Shown: in pieces, positions 29,601-38,713 of the stretch
Position numbering within the stretch: the stretch's first letter is position 1
How the letters are laid out: each line of letters begins with the position of its first letter
Origin: an uncultured Clostridium sp.
GTDB lineage: Bacteria; Bacillota; Clostridia; TANB77; CAG-465
Reading direction: 5' to 3'
Length of the DNA: 64,000 nucleotides
NCBI GenBank assembly: GCA_900553785.1
Contig: USES01000001.1
Location: 45,995-109,994 of the forward strand
The notes under the pieces: model-generated
Seen by the model: the letters and a program-made list of their open reading frames with translations, nothing else
What the model was told of the DNA's origin: nothing
Databases searched by the model: none
Position numbers and translations under genes: made by a program

Positions 29601-32190
29601 TAGTAATAAACATACGGTATAAAGAGGTTATAAAAGCGTTTAACACAACCCAAGACTTATAAGGTATAGTAACTATGTTTTCTACCATCTTAAGAAGGTT
29701 AGCCCTTATTCCAAATATTACTGGAATATATTGTTTTTGTTTTCTTTCAGCATTCTTACCAAAAATTATTTCATTTATAATAGATAATATATATCCAAAA
29801 TTCATTGTTATAAATGTTATAATAGTAGCCTTTGTGAAAGCATCACTTGGCATAAATGCAGCTATAACAAGTAATAACAGTGCCGCTACAGGTAAAAGTT
29901 CGCGTCTTAAATTGTCAAATATTTTCCATCTAGATAATAGTGATAAACCGCTTCTAGGTTTGAAAATCCATGATGCAATTTGCATATCTCCTCTAAACCA
30001 TCTGTGATTTCTTTTTGTATATGCTATAAAGTTTGAAGGGAAACCATCTTGTACTTCTACATCTGATGCAAGCCCAGTTCTCATGAAACTTCCTTCTAGT
30101 AAATCATGACTTAGTATTAGGTTTTCAGGTACTTTATTTCCTATAAGTTCATCAAAAAGTTTTATATCATAAATACCTTTTCCAGTATATATTGCTTCAC
30201 CAAATAAATCTTGATAAAGGTTAGAAATTGCATTTGTGTATATATCAAGTCCTCCAAATCCGCCAAATACTTTAGAAAATATACTGCTGTTTGCAGCTTC
30301 TATATCAAGGCCTATAGCAGGCTGTATAAGACCATAGCCAGATTTTACTATCTTTCCATTTTTAGATAGAACTGGTTTATTTAATGGATGAGCAATAATG
30401 GCTACAAGTTCTTTAGCAGAGTTTAGAGATAGAGACGTATCCTCATCTATTGTAAGTATATACTTTACGTCCGGTAAGTCTCTGTGAGTTATATACATTG
30501 CATTGTCTATCTCTGTTTCGGTAAGTTTTCCAAGAAGTAAAGAATTAAGTTGGGTTAATGCTCCACGTTTTCTTTCCCATCCCATATAGCATTCTTCACC
30601 TGCGCTATATACTCTTTTTCTATATATAAAATTAAATAGTTTTGGTTCAGATGGATATTTAGCGTTAAGTTCCTCTATTTTTTTATTTCCATATGCTACT
30701 ATCTTTGCATCCATATCTACAATTTTTTCAGATTTAGCAACGCAATCTCCTAAAAGCATGTAATACATATTTTGTGAACGATTAGCAAGATATGTAATTT
30801 CCATTTTCTTTATCATCTTGTCTATTTTTTCAATGGAATTTATAACAGTAGGCATTGCTATCATTGTACTATGTTCCTCGTCTATTGTTTTAGCAAAGTT
30901 AAATCTAGGCAATGGTTTAGGAACAACTAGTTTACCAACTAAATAGCATATAAGCTTGTCCGTTATTTCAAGTCCAAATGAGAAAAATATAACATTAAAT
31001 ATAATTCTTAATGCCGTTTGATAATCAGAAGAGAATAAGTAATCAAACAACCATGTACACAAACTAGACAAAACTAATGTTATAAATACATATATTAAAG
31101 GCATATTTGGTTTAATTATTTTTTGTTTGAAATTAACTGCAAAAGCACTTTTACCTAAAGCTTTTATAAGTACAGCCTTATCTTCACCAATTAAGAAATG
31201 ACCTACATGTTTTTCATATTTTTCAGAACATTCAATAACCTTTTTAGCTATGTACATTTCTGAAACGTCATATTTTTTAGCCAGTCTAATTATTTCGTGT
31301 CTATATCTGCCTTTTGTCTTATGATCACATTTTTTATATTCACCTGTAAAATCTTGAAGTAATATTTCATCAATTCTATTTACATTGATCAAAACTTCTT
31401 CCCAGTTAGTACTAGCTATAGTTTTAAGTGACGTTATAGCATTAGCCATAAGCCCTGTTACTTTTGCTATTTCGTTATGTTCTTTTTCTATTGCTTCATC
31501 AATAGTAAATCCTATTTTATTTGTTTCATCTTTAAGTTCAGATAAATATTCATCTCCAACTTTCCCTAAATCTTTGAGCCTAAATGCTAAATATTCAATG
31601 TATGCTGTGTTTGAACTTTTTATACTATTTGAACTATTTATAAGGTCTTTTTTTAATTTACCAAGACTTTTAAGAGAAGTACTAAAAACAACATCTAATT
31701 TTCTAGATAAATCCCTATTACACTTTTTTTCAGCTTTTAGTTTTTGCATTTGAGCATTAAATATAGACATAGCAAGTCTTCTTGTGAATTTAATTACTGC
31801 AATTCTTAACATAGTTGGAAAATATGATAATTCATCATATGTTACATATGTATATTTTTGGAATTCCTTCAAATAATTACTTACTATTCCGTCATCAATA
31901 ACTCCAGCATTCTTTTCTGTTACTTCATTTGCCATAAAACTGATTCTTAGCTGTGTTTTCCCATCGTTTGGTTTTACGTTTGGGAATGTTAAATCTGTTG
32001 TTTTAGATATTATATCTCTTGAAATCTTATACTCTCTTTCTATTATATAAAAGTTATCTAATAACCACTGACCAGCTGGATGTGTAGATATTTTATATTC
32101 AGTTGTCATATTAAGTAAGTCGTAAGTAGCTTTTATAATTTTAAAATCTTCTTTTAAATTAAAGTATATATCTAATAAATATTCTTGCAT
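26650..32190 (-). CDS. Cyclic beta-1,2-glucan synthase (Cgs/NdvB/ChvB-like), the N-terminal 1846-aa part with a cytoplasmic N-domain, a GT84 domain, TM regions, an alpha/alpha6 cyclization-type domain and the first part of the GH94 region
   Basis: A GT84-like region (ILTIDEDTSL DxD, NHRWFRGDMQ). Several TM clusters. HGHLYNWYN..TSSTNIGFGLLAII alpha/alpha-barrel glucanase-like. 1846 aa. Confidence 0.7.
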   Translation of the reverse strand: MQEYLLDIYFNLKEDFKIIKATYDLLNMTTEYKISTHPAGQWLLDNFYIIEREYKISRDIISKTTDLTFPNVKPNDGKTQLRISFMANEVTEKNAGVIDDGIVSNYLKEFQKYTYVTYDELSYFPTMLRIAVIKFTRRLAMSIFNAQMQKLKAEKKCNRDLSRKLDVVFSTSLKSLGKLKKDLINSSNSIKSSNTAYIEYLAFRLKDLGKVGDEYLSELKDETNKIGFTIDEAIEKEHNEIAKVTGLMANAITSLKTIASTNWEEVLINVNRIDEILLQDFTGEYKKCDHKTKGRYRHEIIRLAKKYDVSEMYIAKKVIECSEKYEKHVGHFLIGEDKAVLIKALGKSAFAVNFKQKIIKPNMPLIYVFITLVLSSLCTWLFDYLFSSDYQTALRIIFNVIFFSFGLEITDKLICYLVGKLVVPKPLPRFNFAKTIDEEHSTMIAMPTVINSIEKIDKMIKKMEITYLANRSQNMYYMLLGDCVAKSEKIVDMDAKIVAYGNKKIEELNAKYPSEPKLFNFIYRKRVYSAGEECYMGWERKRGALTQLNSLLLGKLTETEIDNAMYITHRDLPDVKYILTIDEDTSLSLNSAKELVAIIAHPLNKPVLSKNGKIVKSGYGLIQPAIGLDIEAANSSIFSKVFGGFGGLDIYTNAISNLYQDLFGEAIYTGKGIYDIKLFDELIGNKVPENLILSHDLLEGSFMRTGLASDVEVQDGFPSNFIAYTKRNHRWFRGDMQIASWIFKPRSGLSLLSRWKIFDNLRRELLPVAALLLLVIAAFMPSDAFTKATIITFITMNFGYILSIINEIIFGKNAERKQKQYIPVIFGIRANLLKMVENIVTIPYKSWVVLNAFITSLYRMFITKKKLLEWATAETIEKSAKEKLGYVYKNMWSNVVLAIFFMALSIILGLNNSNNILMLVIGTFMLIAPYAAYIMSKKVIFDGKNKLTDKEKKEIKEIGQRTWKYFDTFMNETNNYLPPDNFQENRRPKLVNRTSSTNIGFGLLAIIDAYDLDYITLDAAIDKLDKSLNSITKLEKWHGHLYNWYNIVTLEPLKPRFVSTVDSGNFVASIYIVNQFLDTLINTKVVIDSLRTKMLNLKSVCEDIMKNTDFSLLYVQSRNIFSIGYDVENAKLVDSYYDMLMSESRLTSLIAIAVSNVTSKHWFTLARNLVKVDGMKGLLSWSGTSFEYFMPNLFTKTYNYTLIDEALSFAMDSQIKYAKSAGVPWGVSESAFAVQDNEQNYQYKAFGIPWLGLKRGLNDNMVVSPYSSLLCLNYSPKKVYSNIRNLKKYNSYATYGFYEAIDFTKAHISKDKKYEVVKTYMAHHQGMILTAINNYINNEIIKERFHSNPNIDAADILLKERVPLTVMLTESSKSKENTYKEPVREMFTSFVSYESLETENDNKELTMSMHTNGRLNEILLYNGRNYIYYNGNAITKNRFLEQNSLGNTIVFTDRTNGKIWSSTLMPNYNTPDSYSYAASLSSTRYTRRDGAIETTTEVTIAPEYNMEIRKVTLFNSSDIRREIVINTELELAMANDAANIIHPAFNSLLIEEEYDEDLKTLIATKRSRTNDANNADFYVYSKLVGIDIESEVETEKIKLTQNDGKDAFDGVFVKYPLWPVMAHKAHIFLDPSETQTFYYIVGAADRKYDITHAIVNAEKATLDKQVSFADQKENILAKYLKLKEGKAKIYNYIVAETLFKERHKNNDLFWDKKYSQSMLWRFGISGDLPIITVRIGRIEDSSMVKEVISFMDYVKSRKLDLDVVLTVNEELYSGEPIKTHIEEILSRVVYTTYTRGNIYVVNLETLNDNEKDLFNFVSRFNIDNISIFRDGIYKNENNKDKNVDNA

Positions 32191-32278
32191 AAGTAAATCT
32201 CCTAATCAATATAATTTACCCCCATTATATACTAAATTTATCCAATATTCAAGACCTTTTCTATGCATAAATATATAC

Positions 32279-32310
32279 AAAAATAGCCGTCAAAATAAAC
32301 GGCTATTTTT
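32279..32310 (-). terminator. Rho-independent terminator at the end of the rnj-gltX-ileS-nifS-tepA-like operon
   Basis: Perfect hairpin AATAGCCGT..ACGGCTATT flanked by A/T tracts. Confidence 0.6.
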
Positions 32311-32317
32311 ATGTAAC

Positions 32318-33007
32318 TTATAGTGGAATTTCACTGAATTTAGAAAATATTTGAGTAGCAATATTGTACTTGATTATTTCTTTTTCAGTGAAAAATGTGT
32401 CCTCAAGTGAGCTAAATATGGTTTTAAGTTTATTTTTAGGTATTTTTGTCCTGGTTGAAATTATTTGTTTATAATTGTTTTGGCAATCCTCAAATGAATC
32501 CGCAAACTCCTTAAGTTCAGTTGTTTGCATCTGTTGTTTGAGCGGAAATATTGCCCGTATTTGATGTAATATATACGTAGTATCTCTCAAAAAATATCTT
32601 TCATCACCTAAAGCAAACAAAACGCATGCAGCACTGCAACATTTATTAAAAGCCACTGTAATAATCTTATTATCCATTGCTTGGAGTAAATTATACACAT
32701 CAATTGTAGGGTCCACTTCTCCACCTTCTGAATCTACCAATAAAACTATATCGCTAGTATCTTTTGAAATGATGAGTTCAAGCAAATAAGCAGAAACTTC
32801 ATCGTAAAAATCCGAATCTATGACTTCAGGTACTCTAATAAAGATTTTTTCAGACGTCATCCAAATCCTTTTGGAAGCACTATTTATAGTATCATCTTCT
32901 TCGATAGAACTTTCACTAATGTTCGGTAAATCAAAAGCAAATTTTTTGGCTTTCATAAATGAAATCCTCCTAATAAAATTATTTATTAAGTAAATACTTT
33001 TACTCAC
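32318..33007 (-). CDS. ClpP-like serine protease paralog (TepA-like, S14 family)
   Basis: VDSEGGEV..NKCCSAACVLFALG..ILHQI aligns to the ClpP INSPGG..GMAASMG..IMIHQP motifs, with the Ser and His retained. The start may be the internal Met at 32959. Confidence 0.55.
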   Translation of the reverse strand: MSKSIYLINNFIRRISFMKAKKFAFDLPNISESSIEEDDTINSASKRIWMTSEKIFIRVPEVIDSDFYDEVSAYLLELIISKDTSDIVLLVDSEGGEVDPTIDVYNLLQAMDNKIITVAFNKCCSAACVLFALGDERYFLRDTTYILHQIRAIFPLKQQMQTTELKEFADSFEDCQNNYKQIISTRTKIPKNKLKTIFSSLEDTFFTEKEIIKYNIATQIFSKFSEIPL

Positions 33008-33026
33008 AGATATTATACCATGTCTG

Positions 33027-34169
33027 TCAATGCTTTATAATTTTAATTATTTCTTTTATGTTATTTATAATATGGTCTGCATCTTCAATACTATTACATT
33101 CGCCATACGTTATTCTTATGGAGTTTCTTGCTGTATTATCATCTAGTCCAATTGCTTTTAGAACATGCGATGGAGAGCTTTGACCTGCAGTACAAGCGCT
33201 TCCACTAGATACAGCTATATTTTTCATGTCTAACATCAAAACTAACCCTTTGGCATCAATACCCTTAAACGAAACATTGACATTTCCAGGAAGTCTATGC
33301 AATCTGTCTCCGTTTAATTTAGCTTCTGGTATTTCATTTAAAATCCTAAATATAGTATGTTCTCTAAGTTCTAATAACTTGTTAGTATATTGTTTTAAAT
33401 TTGCATTTGCTAATTCTAAAGCTTTAGCCATACCTACTATTGCTGGTATATTCTCAGTGCCTGCACGCTTGTTTTTCTCTTGATGTCCTCCTGTTAAATA
33501 TGGTTTAAAAGGGACATTCCTTTTTATATATGCAACGCCTATACCTTTTGGACCATAAAATTTATGAGCAGACATACTCAGAGCATCAATTCCCATTAGT
33601 TCTACATTTATAGGAATGGTGCCAATAGCTTGAACTGCATCCGTATGAAAAAATATACCATGTGATCTAGCAATCTTTGAAATTTGTAATACATCTTGAA
33701 TTGTTCCAATTTCATTGTTTGCAAACATAATACTAATTAAAATAGTGTCAGGTCTAATAGCATTGTACACCTTGTCACAAGACACAAAACCTCTTTCATC
33801 GGGCTCTAGATATGTTATACAAAAACCTTCATCCTCTAAGTCTTTACAAGTATTTAGAACAGCTAAATGTTCTATTTTAGAAGTTATAATGTGCCTACCT
33901 TTATGCTTTAAGGCATGTGCAATACCTCTAATAATTAAATTATCCGATTCGCTACCACCTGACGTAAAATATATTTCATCCGAATGAGCACCTATTATAT
34001 GAGCAATTTTTGTTCTTGAATTTTCTAATGCACTTTTTGCTGTGCCACCTAATTTATATTGAGACGAAGCGTTGCCATACTCCTTGGTGAAGTATGGCAA
34101 CATTTCTTCTAAAACTTCTTTTTTTACATATGTTGTAGCGCTATGATCAGCGTATATTATTTTTTCCAT
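33027..34169 (-). CDS. nifS: Cysteine desulfurase (NifS/IscS, class V aminotransferase)
   Basis: SAHKFYGPKG (PLP lysine) and SSGSACT (catalytic Cys). Confidence 0.85.
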   Translation of the reverse strand: MEKIIYADHSATTYVKKEVLEEMLPYFTKEYGNASSQYKLGGTAKSALENSRTKIAHIIGAHSDEIYFTSGGSESDNLIIRGIAHALKHKGRHIITSKIEHLAVLNTCKDLEDEGFCITYLEPDERGFVSCDKVYNAIRPDTILISIMFANNEIGTIQDVLQISKIARSHGIFFHTDAVQAIGTIPINVELMGIDALSMSAHKFYGPKGIGVAYIKRNVPFKPYLTGGHQEKNKRAGTENIPAIVGMAKALELANANLKQYTNKLLELREHTIFRILNEIPEAKLNGDRLHRLPGNVNVSFKGIDAKGLVLMLDMKNIAVSSGSACTAGQSSPSHVLKAIGLDDNTARNSIRITYGECNSIEDADHIINNIKEIIKIIKH

Positions 34170-34226
34170 TTTATCACCTATATATACATAAACTTTGTAT
34201 AATATATTATATACAGGTTTTAAAAT

Positions 34227-37019
34227 TTAGTTCATTTTGTTTAAAGCTCCTATACATTCTGGACAAATTGTAGGATGTTCTGTATCTTCTCCTACATGCT
34301 CGTTATATTTCCAGCATCTATCACATTTTGTACCTTCTGCTTTTACAACAGTTATATTTCTTTCTCCTTGCTCTACTTCTACTTTTGAAACAATTAGAAT
34401 CATTGTAAGTGTCTTATCCATATCTTTAAATATATTATATTCTTTTTCTGGAAGCGTAAACACTACTTTAGCATCTAATGGATGACCTACAAGTTTTTCA
34501 GCCCTAGCTTTTTCTATTGCACTTAATGCCTCTTCTCTTAACTCATATATCTTATCCCATTTTTCTACAAGTATGTTGTCTTCATACTTATTATCTGGCT
34601 TTGGCATATCTGTAAGAAGAACAGATTCAGCCGCATCACTACTAGAAAGTTTTATATAACTCCAAATTTCTTCTGCAGTAAATGAAAGAATAGGTGCTAA
34701 AAGTTTAGTCATTATTTTTAGTATATCGTACATAGTAGACTGTATACTTTTTCTTAACGCATTTTTAGCATCAAGTGTATATAATCTATCCTTTACTACA
34801 TCAAGATATTTTGAACTTAAATCTGAAGTACAGAATCTATGAATTGCATTAAATACAGTATGAAATTCATAAACGTCATATGCTTTAGTTGAGTCTTTTA
34901 CAAGTTCATTTGCTTTATACATTATGTATCTATCTAGTTCATCACGTTTTTCATAGTCTACATATTCAGTGTCAGGATCAAAATCATAAAGATTTCCAAG
35001 CATAAATCTAGCTGTATTTCTTATCTTTTTGTACACTTCTGCTATTCCTTTTATTATATCTTTAGATACTCTAACATCTGCGTGGTAATCTGAAGATACA
35101 GTCCAAAGTCTTAATATATCTGCACCAAATTCGTTACATACCTCCATAGGATCAACACCGTTTCCTAAGCTTTTAGACATCTTTCTTTTATCTTCATCTA
35201 TTAAGAAACCATGTGTAACATTTTCCTTATATGGAGCAATTCCTTTTACAGCAACAGATGTAAGAAGTGAAGATTGGAACCAACCTCTATATTGGTCATT
35301 TCCCTCTAAATACAAATCTGCTGGCCAACTTAAACCATATTTTTCAGTAGCACATACTGCAAAGTGACTTGAACCAGAATCAAACCAAACGTCCATGATA
35401 TCTTTTTCTTTTATTAAGTGAGTACATCCACATTCACATTTAAATGATATATCTCCTAATAACTCTTCAGGAGAAAACTCATACCATGCATTTGTTCCTT
35501 TTTCTTTAAATACTGTTATAAGGCGTTGAATAGTTTCGTCGTTTATGTACTCCTTACCACAGTCTTCGCAATAAAATATTGGAATTGGTACCCCCCATGC
35601 TCTTTGACGAGATATACACCAGTCGCCTCTATCTTTTAGCATATTAAGCATTCTTTCTTCGCCCCAAGCAGGATACCATTTAACAGTTTTAACTGCTTTT
35701 AATGCATCATTTCTAAACTCTTTAACTGATGCAAACCATTGAGTAGTTGCTCTGTATATTACAGGTTTGTGACATCTCCAACAGTGTGGGTATGGGTGAA
35801 CAAGTTCTTTTTTAGCAAGAAGTGCATTAAGCTCACCTAGACGTTCAATTACCCTCTTATTAGCTTCAGTATATTTTAAACCTTCAAGCTCTCCAGCTTC
35901 ACTTGTCATGTAACCTTTGTCGTCTACTGGGCAAATTATTTCAATATCTCCATAACGTTTACAAGCAAGATAGTCTTCATGTCCATGTCCTGGTGCAGTA
36001 TGAACAAGACCAGTACCTGCGTCTAGTGTAACACACAAATCATTATCTGCACCTAGAATTACACGAGATAATTTAGGAAGCATTGGATGCTCAAGTTGTA
36101 TGTTTTCAAATTCTTTTCCTTTAAATGTTTTGTCTAACACTGTATATTCTTCAATGCCAGCTTCTTTCATAACAGACTCTACTAGTTCAGTTGCAATTAC
36201 GTAGTACTCGTCAGATACATTTACTATTGAATATTCAAAATCTGGGTTTACAGTAACAGCTTGGTTACCTGGCATTGTCCAAGGTGTTGTAGTCCATATT
36301 ACAAAATATAATTTAGACTTATCTAGTACACCATCAAATAAAGATTTATCTTCTTTTACTTTAAACTTAACAAATATACTTGTTGCTGTATCGTCTTGGT
36401 ACTCAATTTCTGCTTCTGCTAACGCAGTTCTACAGTCTTCACACCAATAAACTGGTTTTAAGTCACGATAGATATATCCTTTTTTATACATGTCTGCAAA
36501 AACTTTGATTTGTTCTACTTCAAAATCTGGATCAAGTGTTACATATCTATTTTCAAAGTCACCAAGTACACCTAAACGTTTAAAGCCTTTCTTTTGAAGT
36601 TCTACTTGTTCTAAAGCATATTCTTTACATTTTCTTCTAAACTCAGGAATTCCTACCATGTCTTTACTAATTTTTAATACCTGTTCTACCTTTTTTTCGA
36701 TAGGAAGACCATGTGTATCCCAACCAGGAATATATGGGGCATAAAAACCTGACATATTCTTGTATTTAATAATTATATCTTTAAGAATCTTATTAAATGC
36801 ATGCCCTAAATGTATATTACCATTAGCATAAGGTGGTCCATCATGTAATACAAATGATTTCCCTGTATTTTTATTTCTTTCTACCATTTTAGAATAAATA
36901 TTTTTATTATATAACTCTTCCAATATTTGTGGTTCCTTTTCAGGTAAACCTCCACGCATTGGGAAGTCTGTTTTTGGTAGATTTAATGTTTCAGAATAAT
37001 TTTTCTTTTCTGCTTCCAT
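34227..37019 (-). CDS. ileS: Isoleucine--tRNA ligase
   Basis: 930 aa. An HIGH region (PYANGNIHLGHA), KMSKS and a C-terminal zinc finger (CDRCW...CPEC). Confidence 0.95.
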   Translation of the reverse strand: MEAEKKNYSETLNLPKTDFPMRGGLPEKEPQILEELYNKNIYSKMVERNKNTGKSFVLHDGPPYANGNIHLGHAFNKILKDIIIKYKNMSGFYAPYIPGWDTHGLPIEKKVEQVLKISKDMVGIPEFRRKCKEYALEQVELQKKGFKRLGVLGDFENRYVTLDPDFEVEQIKVFADMYKKGYIYRDLKPVYWCEDCRTALAEAEIEYQDDTATSIFVKFKVKEDKSLFDGVLDKSKLYFVIWTTTPWTMPGNQAVTVNPDFEYSIVNVSDEYYVIATELVESVMKEAGIEEYTVLDKTFKGKEFENIQLEHPMLPKLSRVILGADNDLCVTLDAGTGLVHTAPGHGHEDYLACKRYGDIEIICPVDDKGYMTSEAGELEGLKYTEANKRVIERLGELNALLAKKELVHPYPHCWRCHKPVIYRATTQWFASVKEFRNDALKAVKTVKWYPAWGEERMLNMLKDRGDWCISRQRAWGVPIPIFYCEDCGKEYINDETIQRLITVFKEKGTNAWYEFSPEELLGDISFKCECGCTHLIKEKDIMDVWFDSGSSHFAVCATEKYGLSWPADLYLEGNDQYRGWFQSSLLTSVAVKGIAPYKENVTHGFLIDEDKRKMSKSLGNGVDPMEVCNEFGADILRLWTVSSDYHADVRVSKDIIKGIAEVYKKIRNTARFMLGNLYDFDPDTEYVDYEKRDELDRYIMYKANELVKDSTKAYDVYEFHTVFNAIHRFCTSDLSSKYLDVVKDRLYTLDAKNALRKSIQSTMYDILKIMTKLLAPILSFTAEEIWSYIKLSSSDAAESVLLTDMPKPDNKYEDNILVEKWDKIYELREEALSAIEKARAEKLVGHPLDAKVVFTLPEKEYNIFKDMDKTLTMILIVSKVEVEQGERNITVVKAEGTKCDRCWKYNEHVGEDTEHPTICPECIGALNKMN

Positions 37020-37036
37020 ATAAAATTTACCCCTTT

Positions 37037-38713
37037 CTATATATTTTCTACAGCTTTTTTAATTCTCTCTTTTGTTCTTTGCTCGCCTAACACTTGCATA
37101 ATACAGTATATATCTGGCGTATTGTGCCTATTTGAAATAGCTACTCTTATTACATCTGTAACATCTGCAATACTTCCTTTAAAACTTTCAGGAGAGGCTT
37201 TGTATTCTTTCATGTTTACACAAAAGTCCATAGTGCTTGCCATTTCTTTAACATTTGCAAACCAAGTTTCTTTGTCTAAAGAGGAACTATGTATGTTAAG
37301 ATAATTATTAAGTATAGCCTTTATATCTTCCCTGTTTAGCTTTTCTAAATTGAAATCTAAACCATTTTTTATATCTTTTTCATATAATTCATCATACATA
37401 TAAAATGTATTAGGAATTACATCTTTGTATTTAGCTATATCTTTTCTAATTTTAACTGCATTATCTCTTTCTATTGCAAATACCTCTTTTGCATACTCTA
37501 AATCTTTGTTTAATATGTCATATAACTCTTTGTCATAAACTTTAGCCCAGTCTAATACAAGTGAAAGTAATTCTTGACTTTTATATCTTGATATTACTTC
37601 TTTAGATACATCTGTAAGCTTTTGCATATCAAACAAAGCGCCTGATGAATTAAGTTTATTTAATTTCACTTTAAATTCACGCCAAGAAGCATCTTTGTTT
37701 GCTTTTCTCCATAGTTCATAGTCTGAATTTATAATTGTAAGCAAGTATTCAATTATACTGTCTGCAGGATATCCCTCTTCTATAAAGAAAGATACTGCTG
37801 ACTCTGGATCCTTTCTTTTTGAAAGCTTTCTCTTTGAGCCATTATCGTTTTTCATAATTGTTGGAGTATGAGCATATTTTACAGGTTCAAATCCTAAGGC
37901 ACCAAACAAATCTAAATGAAGTGCAGTAGAAGGTATCCATTCTTCGCCTCTTACAGCTATTGTAGTTCTCATAAAGTGATCATCAACAGCATGTGCAAAA
38001 TGATATGTAGGTAATCCATCTGATTTAATTATTACTATATCTTGGTCATTTTCAGCCATTTCTATTTTTCCACGGATTATATCTTGTACTTTTACCTTCT
38101 TTAAATGGCTTCCTAATGATCTAAAACGTATAATGTATGGCATTCCGCTTTTTATTTTTTCTATAGCTTCGTCTGCTGTATAATTTCTACATCTAGCATA
38201 CATTCCGTAATATCCTGGTATTTGTTTATTTTTCTCTTGAGATTCTCTTAATCTATCTAATTCCTCAGAAGTACAAAAGCATGGGTATGCACGTCCCTTG
38301 CGTATCAGCTCTTTAGCACAAACTTTGTATATGTATTCTCTCTCACTTTGTTTATATGGACCATAATTTCCTACTTCTTCTGTTTCAGATACAAGTCCTT
38401 CGTCGTTAATAACTTTAAATGCTCTCATTTGAGTTATTAAATCACGAACTCCATTTTCAACTTCACGCTTTTTATCTGTATCTTCAATTCTAAATATAAA
38501 CTTACCATTTGTCTCATTTGCAACAGTCATGTCTATAAGTGAGCCAAATAGTCCTCCTATATGTAAAAAGCCTGTTGGCGAAGGAGCAAAACGAGTTACC
38601 TCTGCTCCCTCAGGTAAATTACGCTTTGGATATCTTTTTTCTAAATCTTCTATTGTTTCAGTTATGTCTGGAAATATAAGAGATGCTAATTCCTCATTTT
38701 TGTTTTCCATCAT
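37037..38713 (-). CDS. gltX: Glutamate--tRNA ligase (GluRS family, unusually long at 558 aa)
   Basis: RFAPSPTGFLHIGG, RIEDTDKKR and KLSKRK motifs. Confidence 0.8.
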   Translation of the reverse strand: MMENKNEELASLIFPDITETIEDLEKRYPKRNLPEGAEVTRFAPSPTGFLHIGGLFGSLIDMTVANETNGKFIFRIEDTDKKREVENGVRDLITQMRAFKVINDEGLVSETEEVGNYGPYKQSEREYIYKVCAKELIRKGRAYPCFCTSEELDRLRESQEKNKQIPGYYGMYARCRNYTADEAIEKIKSGMPYIIRFRSLGSHLKKVKVQDIIRGKIEMAENDQDIVIIKSDGLPTYHFAHAVDDHFMRTTIAVRGEEWIPSTALHLDLFGALGFEPVKYAHTPTIMKNDNGSKRKLSKRKDPESAVSFFIEEGYPADSIIEYLLTIINSDYELWRKANKDASWREFKVKLNKLNSSGALFDMQKLTDVSKEVISRYKSQELLSLVLDWAKVYDKELYDILNKDLEYAKEVFAIERDNAVKIRKDIAKYKDVIPNTFYMYDELYEKDIKNGLDFNLEKLNREDIKAILNNYLNIHSSSLDKETWFANVKEMASTMDFCVNMKEYKASPESFKGSIADVTDVIRVAISNRHNTPDIYCIMQVLGEQRTKERIKKAVENI

